64,000 bases of DNA, taken from positions 2,144,001-2,208,000 of the forward strand of contig OZ242374.1 of NCBI GenBank assembly GCA_965209055.1, given 5' to 3'. The DNA is from Acidobacteriota bacterium (lineage in GTDB: Bacteria; Acidobacteriota; UBA6911; RPQK01; JAJDTT01). The notes under the pieces are model-generated. The model was not told the origin of the DNA. It made no database searches and worked only from the letters and a program-made list of their open reading frames with translations. Of the stretch, positions 56,757 to 64,000 are shown one piece after another. Each line of letters starts with the position of its first letter. Position 1 is the first letter of the stretch. Both the position numbers and the translations under genes were made by a program.

Positions 56757-56833
56757 GGCAGGGAAATTCCCCACTCCTCCTACTCAAGATCTCCGTGGGA
56801 GACGCCGACCTCTACTCCCTTCGTTTCCAGTGA
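56757..56833 (+). repeat. Inverted REP-like copy followed by 51-bp direct repeat copy 2
   Basis: GGCAGGGAAATTCCCCACTCC(TCCTA), then a copy encoding LKISVGDADLYSLRFQ* at 56783-56833. Confidence 0.8.
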
Positions 56834-56963
56834 ACGGGAGCGATTGGCGGAAGGGCGCTGAACCGGCCAGTGGTGCGGGTATCCCGATCGCCAGCCAAGT
56901 GGCGGCGACTGCGCTGTGTACGGTGGCGTCGCAGGTGGCCCGCCGATGGGGCGGCCCGATCCG

Positions 56964-57917
56964 TCAAGTCCGCTCCCTGCGAATCCTCGCCATCAGTTCG
57001 AACGGATTGCCGGGTTGCACGGTCGAACCGAACTCCCGATACAGGGTCGCGACGTTGACGACGATCCGCTCCGCATCGCCCCACGATTCGAAGTCGGCGA
57101 GCGAGATGTCCATCGCCGCATCGTAGACGCTCAGACCGGCGTCGAAGCGGGCCTTGGCCTCGTCTCTCACATACACCAGGTAGTCCCGCACGGCTGCGAC
57201 GCCCCGCTTGCCGGTGATCGGACCGTGGCCGGGAACAACAGTCTCAACGGGCAACCCAAGTATGTGGTCGCAGGCCGCGATCCAGTTTTCGGCTGGTCCT
57301 GTCCAGAGGATCGGGTGTCCCTCGATGAACAGGATATCGCCGGTGAAGATCAGCTTGTCGTAGGGTACGTAAACCAGGACATCGCCCGTTGTGTGGCACG
57401 GCCCGACCTCCTTCAGGACGACACGCTTGTCGCCCACGCGCGTGGAGTAGTCGCCCTCGAACGTGGTGGTCGGGAGCGTCTGCGTGATGCCGTCGAAGTC
57501 GAATTCTCCGAACGCTTCCATGAGGAACTGGCCCGTCTCGCCCATGCCGGGGGCCTGGCGCATGAGCGCGGCGAGCCGGTCCGGGCTCTCGGAGGCCATC
57601 TCCTCGGCTGCTGCCCTGGAGGCGATGATCTCCGCCTCGGCCACCAACTCGTTGCCGTTGCAGTGGTCGGGGTTGGCGTGAGTATTGACCAGCTTGTCGA
57701 ACCGGCGCGTGGCCACGGGTTCCGCGCTGCGCATACCGGCCAGCATCGCGCGAGTCAGATCGAGGTCGAACAGCGTGTCCACCAGCAGGCTCCGGTCGCC
57801 GTCGACGACGAGCCCCGCATTGCTCCAGCCCCAGCCGCCATCCGGCTGGATCCACGCGTAGCATCCCGTCCCGACGTCGTGAAGACCGTAACTGAAGGGT
57901 CTGATCCCCAGCGTCAT
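56964..57917 (-). CDS. MBL-fold metallo-hydrolase (cyclase-like)
   Basis: SNAGLV, THANPDHCNGN, HTTGD, FTGD, VPGHG. Confidence 0.9.
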   Translation of the reverse strand: MTLGIRPFSYGLHDVGTGCYAWIQPDGGWGWSNAGLVVDGDRSLLVDTLFDLDLTRAMLAGMRSAEPVATRRFDKLVNTHANPDHCNGNELVAEAEIIASRAAAEEMASESPDRLAALMRQAPGMGETGQFLMEAFGEFDFDGITQTLPTTTFEGDYSTRVGDKRVVLKEVGPCHTTGDVLVYVPYDKLIFTGDILFIEGHPILWTGPAENWIAACDHILGLPVETVVPGHGPITGKRGVAAVRDYLVYVRDEAKARFDAGLSVYDAAMDISLADFESWGDAERIVVNVATLYREFGSTVQPGNPFELMARIRRERT

Positions 57918-57942
57918 GTCTCAATTGTGGGAAATAACCGGG

Positions 57943-58875
57943 TCAACGCACAAGATGTGCGTGCATGCCAAAGGCCAACCAAGTCGCGGCGACGGCACTG
58001 ACGATCAGGCACAAAGCACCGAGCCGCCGTGTACGTTTGAGTTGCCACCACATGAACAAGCCCGACAAGCCCCAGAACGTCATGGTGACGAACATGGCAT
58101 CGACGGCGACCGCCCAGAACCAACGTGCGTTTCGCTCGGCGGGGTAGCCGCGAGACGTGTGCAGCCTGAGCAGGTAGCTGCGCCAACCCAGCTCTTCCGC
58201 GCCCTTTCCCACGAGAGTCACGCGACCGGATTGAATCCCTTTTCCCGGCCGGGACGTATTCGCCGCCACTGGCCTTCTTCGGCTCGTTGCAAATCGTGCT
58301 CGATGGATCTCTCCATTCTCTTCCAGGTCGAATTCTACGGCGGGGACAGTGCGAAAAGTGATGGCTCCATGCTCCAGGCCAAGTTCCTTCAGAGTTGCCG
58401 ACATGGTCTGGCGCACGTCTTTTCTCAACTCTTCCACCGGAACGGAAACGGTTCGACCCTGCTCCAGAGGCGTCAAACCTTCTTCGTTCGGTTCCTTGTG
58501 TGGATCCTGCCGCTGGCGCACGTAGCCGTCGCCCTGACCCAGGTTCATGACCAGAGTGTAGCGGCTGCCATGGGTCCGGGCCGTGGCGATTGCCGGATGG
58601 GTGAAAGTTGAGTCTTGGGGATTGACGAGTCGGTAGGTGGGCGGTCCATTCGTTTTATCCTCTGCGTTGAGCTCGCCCACGACGAGATCCGCCATGGCCG
58701 CCGCGGCCGGAATGCCGGCGCTTTCAGGGACTCGTGCCTGGAAGCGGTGAATGCTGGTGTCCGGCCCCGGCAGAAGAGTCGAGTGGTTGAACAGCAGCGC
58801 CGTGAAACCATAGAGCAATACCCATGGAAACATCAGCAAGCCGGCGTAGAGATGGATGCGGCGTATCAATTTCAT
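57943..58875 (-). CDS. PepSY-associated TM helix protein
   Basis: RRIHLYAGL..GFTALLFNH; LRLH..W..D..SGLFMW. Confidence 0.8.
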   Translation of the reverse strand: MKLIRRIHLYAGLLMFPWVLLYGFTALLFNHSTLLPGPDTSIHRFQARVPESAGIPAAAAMADLVVGELNAEDKTNGPPTYRLVNPQDSTFTHPAIATARTHGSRYTLVMNLGQGDGYVRQRQDPHKEPNEEGLTPLEQGRTVSVPVEELRKDVRQTMSATLKELGLEHGAITFRTVPAVEFDLEENGEIHRARFATSRRRPVAANTSRPGKGIQSGRVTLVGKGAEELGWRSYLLRLHTSRGYPAERNARWFWAVAVDAMFVTMTFWGLSGLFMWWQLKRTRRLGALCLIVSAVAATWLAFGMHAHLVR

Positions 58876-58985
58876 CGAACTGGCGCTATCCCGAGGAAAT
58901 GGAAATCGGTCTTTCGGAGGTCCACGGCGACCGGTTCCCCTGATCGGTTCAGCATGTCAACGGATTCGAGGCACCGGAGACGAGA

Positions 58986-60662
58986 TCACTTCAGACTGGA
59001 CAGTTCCACCGTCTCGAAGTGAAGGCGCTTGCCGCTCCGCATGCTCGCCCCGCCGACGAGCAGCAGGCGGCTTTCGTAGGGCAGCATGCGGTGGAAAAAC
59101 CGGTCATCCTGGAGCTGGGCCGCGATCTTCCACTCGCCGCCCGCTGTCTCCAACACCTGGACGTTTCCGTTGTACGTGCTGACGATGAGACGGCCGCCCA
59201 GGGTGTAGGCCGAGGCGCCGAAGCCTTCCATGCCCTTGCCGCGTTTGGCGTCGGCGCGCGTATCGATCAAGCTGGGCCCCTGCGACCATTTGCCTTTGGC
59301 GGGGTCAAAGACGTCGACTCGCGTCGTCGGACCGCCCTTGGGTCGCATCCCGCCGATGACGTAGAGCTTGCCGTCCAAGTGCCCCAGAGAAAGGGCGCGC
59401 CGCTTGAAGGGAGGTTGGGGAAGCTGGATCCAGGCAATCTCGTCCTTCGACAGGTCCGCCATCCAAGCCGTCTCGTGCCAATCGGGCTTGTCTCCGCCGA
59501 GTCGCCATCCCCCCACGACATAGAGCCTGTCCTGGATCACGACTGCGTCGTGGGAAGAGCGGGGCTCCGGCAGTTCCGCCAAGGACTCCCATTTCCCCGT
59601 CTCCGGGTCGAAGCGGACGAAATCCGAGATGGATCGCAAGTCATGCTCATCGCCCTCGTCGTTGTGGGCCGTGAATCCGCCCACGCGGTACAGCTTGCCG
59701 CCATGGGCGACCATGGCCAAACCTTGCAGCCGCGGACCCTGGGCGACGACTTCCCAGTCTCCGGGCGTCGTCAGATTCAAGCGGCTAAGCTGATTGGATT
59801 GACTGGTGTTGGAGTAGTGGTGAGCCCGGCCGAAGTGTCCGCCGTAGACGTACATCCAATCGCCGATCACCGCCGCGCCGAAACTCGTGATCCCCCGCGG
59901 CAGGTCGGTGAGCCGGGGACTCGCGGCCGGCCCCGTGCCGGCACTTGCTTGGGAGTCGTCCGAAGTGGACTTTGACGTGTCGAAGGTGACCGCCGAATAG
60001 TGCCTGGCTTCAGCATATCGTTCCTCCTCGAACCAGCCGGCTTCTTTCTCGATCCACCGGGCCCGGATCTCGTAGCGGCCGGGGACCGGCGACTTGAGAC
60101 GCGCCGTCCCCTCGGCATCGGTCGTGAGCTCCACCGGTTCCCCTCCCGGAGACGTCACCATGACTTGTGAGTCGGAAGCGGGCTGTCCCTTCCAGAAAAC
60201 GCCGATCTGAATCTCCCCGTTGGACAGGCTCGGCGAAACATCCAGATCCAGTTTCCGGGACCGTCTCTGGTCGGCCCCCGCGTCCGAACTCAGCGACTTG
60301 GTGTAGTAGTGGAGCAACATGGTCTGGTCGCTGTGGGAGAAGGTGCCGTAGAGGCACTCCGCTTCGATGTTTCCCCGGTCCGAGCTCACGGCGCCGGCAA
60401 GCAATCCGCCGTCTTCTGTCTCGACCTTGCGGAGTTGGAGAGGGGAGTACTCGCCTTCGGGAGTGCGGTGCCAAGCCTGCAGCCGGGTCAGCCGGTCCAG
60501 GAATTCGGCGGAATCCGGCGTGGCGGTCTCGCTGAAATAGAGCCGGGCTTGTGGACCTCCGCTCTCCGTTTTCTCCATCACGGCCCAGATGAAATGGCCG
60601 TACAGAGATCCCGTCATCAGGAACAGTCCCAACAGGGACCCGATCGCGCTTCGAATGTTCAT
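58986..60662 (-). CDS. DUF4198-like domain fused to a Kelch beta-propeller
   Basis: Signal peptide followed by mature N-terminal HFIW; TDAEG; repeated YVxGG Kelch motifs. Confidence 0.75.
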   Translation of the reverse strand: MNIRSAIGSLLGLFLMTGSLYGHFIWAVMEKTESGGPQARLYFSETATPDSAEFLDRLTRLQAWHRTPEGEYSPLQLRKVETEDGGLLAGAVSSDRGNIEAECLYGTFSHSDQTMLLHYYTKSLSSDAGADQRRSRKLDLDVSPSLSNGEIQIGVFWKGQPASDSQVMVTSPGGEPVELTTDAEGTARLKSPVPGRYEIRARWIEKEAGWFEEERYAEARHYSAVTFDTSKSTSDDSQASAGTGPAASPRLTDLPRGITSFGAAVIGDWMYVYGGHFGRAHHYSNTSQSNQLSRLNLTTPGDWEVVAQGPRLQGLAMVAHGGKLYRVGGFTAHNDEGDEHDLRSISDFVRFDPETGKWESLAELPEPRSSHDAVVIQDRLYVVGGWRLGGDKPDWHETAWMADLSKDEIAWIQLPQPPFKRRALSLGHLDGKLYVIGGMRPKGGPTTRVDVFDPAKGKWSQGPSLIDTRADAKRGKGMEGFGASAYTLGGRLIVSTYNGNVQVLETAGGEWKIAAQLQDDRFFHRMLPYESRLLLVGGASMRSGKRLHFETVELSSLK

Positions 60663-60771
60663 TTCTCATCTCCTGGTTGCATGGAACGGATCCGGCACGG
60701 CTCGGGCCGCGACCACCGTGGGGTTCGAACGTCCCCACAAGGCAGGGGGCATCCCCGAACGGTTCCGGTTC

Positions 60772-60999
60772 TCACTGAATGAGTTCTTGGGTGTTCCGGC
60801 CGGTGGTGCCCTGGCCGGCAATCTGCTGAGCCGATTCGGCCAGCAATTCCATCATCTTCCAGTATTGATCCGTCGAGAGTCTCAAGGCCGTATTTCCGAC
60901 ACAGATGTGAATGCAGCCGTTGGGGCATTGAGCCACGACCCCGAAATTCTCGCGCCGGGAAAGGACTTGGAATTCATACTTTTGACATTGATCCAACAT
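60772..60999 (-). CDS. Small Cys/His-motif hypothetical protein
   Basis: CPNGCIHIC; AAGGAGA SD; lies within the operon. Confidence 0.6.
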   Translation of the reverse strand: MLDQCQKYEFQVLSRRENFGVVAQCPNGCIHICVGNTALRLSTDQYWKMMELLAESAQQIAGQGTTGRNTQELIQ

Positions 61000-61030
61000 G
61001 GTCGTCTCTCCTTAGTATTGGGGGCTAAGA

Positions 61031-62251
61031 TCAGGCGATCTTGATCAGCCTTTCGCCGTAGCGGATCAGGAAAGCGGCATCGGCCGCTGCGACGCCGTAC
61101 TGACGGCCGGCCGCCAGCGGAGGATTCTCGGCCAGCTTCTCGAAGCGGCTCGAGGCGCGCAGGACATCGGTTCCCTGTCTCATTGAGAAAAAATAGATCT
61201 GGTCTCCCGCGCCGATGGGGGAGACCCAGTTCTGGCCTTGGAGCCGTTGGGTCCAGAGCTCTTCTCCGGTGGCCAGGCTCAGGCAATAGGCGACACCGGA
61301 CTTGTTGACGAAATAGGCCTGGTCCCGATAGACCAGCGGCGAGCAGAAATAGGTGGTGGCGCTCGCGGCTCTCCACAGGATTGAGGGGCCGGCCTCGTCC
61401 TCTCCCGGGAAGCGAATGGCCAGGTTGTGCCCCCTCTTGCTGGAGCCGACGATGGCGCCGCCGGGGAAAGGAGTCGGGGAGGGGACCCGGTTCCCTTCCA
61501 ATCCGTCCAGGCTCCAGAGCATCTTTCCGTCCCGGCTGCGAAAGGCGTCGAGCCGGTCGCCGCTTCCGGCCAGAATGATCTCTTGGTTCCGGTGCCGGCA
61601 GACGGCCGGCGTGCTCCAGGCGATGCCTTGGGGCCGCTCCGTTCTCCAGAGGTTCTCCCCGGTTTTCTTGTCCGCCGACAACAGGAAGCTGGGACCGCTG
61701 TGGGCCGCCAGCGCCACGACACCGTTCTCCGTGAGCCGCAAGGAGCTGCCGATGCCGTGACGCCCCTGGAACTCGCCGTACTCCTCGACCAGGCTTCGTT
61801 GCCAGCGAATCTCTCCCGCATGGCTGAGCGCCAGGAACTCCCCGGTCTCGAAGAAGACGTAGACGGAATCGGCGTCCGCGGCGGGCGTCGGGGCGGCCTT
61901 GCTGACCATGTTGCTGACCTTGATCCGCTGGGTCGGCGAGACGTTCCTCCGCCAGAGGAGTTCTCCCGTCTCCAGACTCAGCGACAGGATCGAAAGAGTC
62001 TCCTTGTAGGGACCCTCCAATGCCGTCAGAAACACCTGAGAGCCATGGAGCACCGGACTCGACTGGCCGTATCCGGGAAGTTGAGTGTCCCACGCCAGGT
62101 TCTTCCCGGGGGACCACTCGAGCGGATAGCCGTTTCCCGAGGCCTGGCTCGTCCCCTCCCCGCGAAACCCCGTCCACCGGGCGGCTTGGGAGGGAACGGC
62201 AAGGCAGGCCGCAAGAAATCTCCGGCGTGAGTGGTGCGGCATTCGTTTCAT
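61031..62251 (-). CDS. PQQ-like (BamB-type) beta-propeller protein, Tat signal
   Basis: SRRRFL, WTGFRG, GQSSP, TGE..W repeats. Confidence 0.85.
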   Translation of the reverse strand: MKRMPHHSRRRFLAACLAVPSQAARWTGFRGEGTSQASGNGYPLEWSPGKNLAWDTQLPGYGQSSPVLHGSQVFLTALEGPYKETLSILSLSLETGELLWRRNVSPTQRIKVSNMVSKAAPTPAADADSVYVFFETGEFLALSHAGEIRWQRSLVEEYGEFQGRHGIGSSLRLTENGVVALAAHSGPSFLLSADKKTGENLWRTERPQGIAWSTPAVCRHRNQEIILAGSGDRLDAFRSRDGKMLWSLDGLEGNRVPSPTPFPGGAIVGSSKRGHNLAIRFPGEDEAGPSILWRAASATTYFCSPLVYRDQAYFVNKSGVAYCLSLATGEELWTQRLQGQNWVSPIGAGDQIYFFSMRQGTDVLRASSRFEKLAENPPLAAGRQYGVAAADAAFLIRYGERLIKIA

Positions 62252-62296
62252 ACGGCGCTTCCTCTTTCTGGATCTACGACTCGTTTGAGGAGGGGG

Positions 62297-64000
62297 TCAT
62301 TCACGGTTGAAGCTCCAGCGCAGGCCGACCCGGACCAATCGCCCCGGGTCCGCACGCAAGAACGAGGGGCTGTTGAGGTCCACGGCGGGGTCCTGGCTGT
62401 CCAGCAGGTTGTCCACGACGAAGTACATCTCCACACCCCGGGCGATCGGTTTTGCCACGTACCAGTCCCAGATCTGGTGGGCGTCGCCGATCAGCAAACC
62501 TCCCCGGCCCGAAACCGGCCATTTGCTGAAGTAGGTGCCCCGCAGGTTCGTTCGCCACCCGCCGAACCGGGTCGAGCTGTAGAAGATGCGGAAGTTTCCA
62601 TGGTGGCGGTGCCGTCCGCTGAGGAATGCATTGGTCGCCTTGTCCCGGGCGTCCAGGTAGGCGTGCCCGACCGAGATCAGCAGGTTGCGGGCCAGCCTCA
62701 GCTCCAGTTTGCTCTCGATGCCCGAGGTATAGACGTTGTCCACGTTCCGGTAGAGGTAGAAGGCACGGAAGAGGGCGGGACTGAACTCGGTCGCGATGTT
62801 GTAGGTTCGGAGCAGGCCCTGCATTTCTCCGGGATTGGTGGGAAAGCCGATGTACTCTGCCTGAATCAGTTCTTGAATGTCGTTGCGGAAAAAGTTGGTG
62901 GCGAAACGAAACTTGTTCGTGTCGTAGTCGAAACCGGCCTGGTATGTGGTCGACCGCTCCGGTTGCAGGTGCGTGTTTCCGATCACCTGGTAGTGGTGCG
63001 TCGGGTTCTGGAACCGGAAGAAGAGTTGTCCCAGGTCGGGCGCGCGAAAACCCCGGCCCACGGTTCCTCGAAGCCGGAAGTTCCCGGCGACCCGGAACAG
63101 GCCGCTGGCGCGCGGCACGAAATGGCTCCCATAGAGGTTGTGGCGATTGAAACGGCTGCCCAAGGTCAGAACGAACCGTTCGTGGACGGAGACGCGATCA
63201 TTGATCCAGAGATCGACCATGTTGATCCCCTGGCCGCTGTTGTCGCCCAAGACCCGGTTGAATCCCCGGTATTCGTCCTGTGTCCACTCTACCCCGCCCT
63301 GCAGCAACTGTCGCGCTCCGAGGACGTGGGAAATGGAACTGTCGAAGCGGTAGAGGCGCTGATTGAGATTGGCCACCGAATTGACGGGGCCCGGTTCGGG
63401 CAGGATGTCCAGAGCCGAGCTCTCGTCGTATTTTCCGTAGAAACCCCGGAGGTTCCAATTGGTCAGGGGAGTCAGGCCGATGTCCGCCGAAAGGGCGTAA
63501 TGTTGGGCGGTGTCGTCGGTAATGCTGTCGGTGGGGCCGGATGAACTGTAATAGCCTCCCTTGTCCTGGTTGACGAAGGCGTGGGCCATGGCCCTGAGCT
63601 TGAAGCGGTCCGAGAATTCGTAGCCGAGCTTCCCCAAATAATCGTAGCGATGAAAGCCGGGTGCGGTGGTTCCGTACCGGGCGGGAACCAGGCTGAAGGG
63701 ATTCTGCTTGTGGCGTTCGGCCTCGAAGAAACCGCTCCACTTGTCCTTTACGAAACCCACGTCGGCCCGCGTGTCGAAACGGTTCAGAGAGCCTCCGCTG
63801 GTGGTGACGCTGGCTTCCAGGGGATACCGGGGTTCGCGGGTGATCATGTTGATGACGCCGCCGATGGCGTCGGACCCGTAGACGGCCGAGGAGGCGCCCT
63901 TGACGATCTCGATCCGCTCCAGGCGGCCGACCGACTGCCGGTCCATGTTGAGAATGCCCCGCTTGATTCCCTTGGCGCCGACCACGGGGAGACCGTCGAC
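62297..64000 (-). CDS. TonB-dependent receptor (5' part outside window)
   Basis: RIEIVKGASSAVYGSDAIGGVINMIT plug; GFRAP, GNTHLQPE, NLLD..PGR. Confidence 0.92.
   Translation of the reverse strand, partial: VDGLPVVGAKGIKRGILNMDRQSVGRLERIEIVKGASSAVYGSDAIGGVINMITREPRYPLEASVTTSGGSLNRFDTRADVGFVKDKWSGFFEAERHKQNPFSLVPARYGTTAPGFHRYDYLGKLGYEFSDRFKLRAMAHAFVNQDKGGYYSSSGPTDSITDDTAQHYALSADIGLTPLTNWNLRGFYGKYDESSALDILPEPGPVNSVANLNQRLYRFDSSISHVLGARQLLQGGVEWTQDEYRGFNRVLGDNSGQGINMVDLWINDRVSVHERFVLTLGSRFNRHNLYGSHFVPRASGLFRVAGNFRLRGTVGRGFRAPDLGQLFFRFQNPTHHYQVIGNTHLQPERSTTYQAGFDYDTNKFRFATNFFRNDIQELIQAEYIGFPTNPGEMQGLLRTYNIATEFSPALFRAFYLYRNVDNVYTSGIESKLELRLARNLLISVGHAYLDARDKATNAFLSGRHRHHGNFRIFYSSTRFGGWRTNLRGTYFSKWPVSGRGGLLIGDAHQIWDWYVAKPIARGVEMYFVVDNLLDSQDPAVDLNSPSFLRADPGRLVRVGLRWSFNRE

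Noticed and set aside
42596-56833. 51-bp repeat pair as DGR VR/TR
   Set aside because: Mismatches are not adenine-specific in either copy, and there is no reverse transcriptase in the window
42596-56833. 51-bp repeat as the integrase att site
   Set aside because: Seven scattered mismatches and ~1 kb from the integrase; the inner core with symmetric arm-like repeats fits better. Not fully excluded

Overview
GC-rich bacterial window. Gene content (PSD1/DUF1501, sulfatase, Tat-exported beta-propellers, TonB receptor) suggests an Acidobacteriota/PVC-like organism; this is inference. The backbone is catabolic, secreted and uptake genes interrupted by accessory DNA: a complete IS5 (3596-4786) inserted just upstream of a Phd-VapC pair, five type II TA modules (three damaged or orphan), and a duplicated 674-aa hydrolase. 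Two features stand out. (1) A three-gene locus (double-AAA ATPase, DriD-like WYL regulator, PD-(D/E)XK nuclease) has a DriD-type box at its promoter and is a candidate ssDNA-triggered defence or stress system. (2) A ~13.2 kb tyrosine-integrase element (42694-55885) appears to have integrated into a GGAG-type REP-like hairpin rather than a tRNA. It carries an EcoAI-like type I R-M system, an ImmA/IrrE+DUF4411 pair, unknown ORFs and a branched palindromic structure. The same REP-like family also flanks TA modules elsewhere in the window. No rRNA, tRNA or CRISPR array was seen. All family assignments come from motif recognition by eye, with no database searches.
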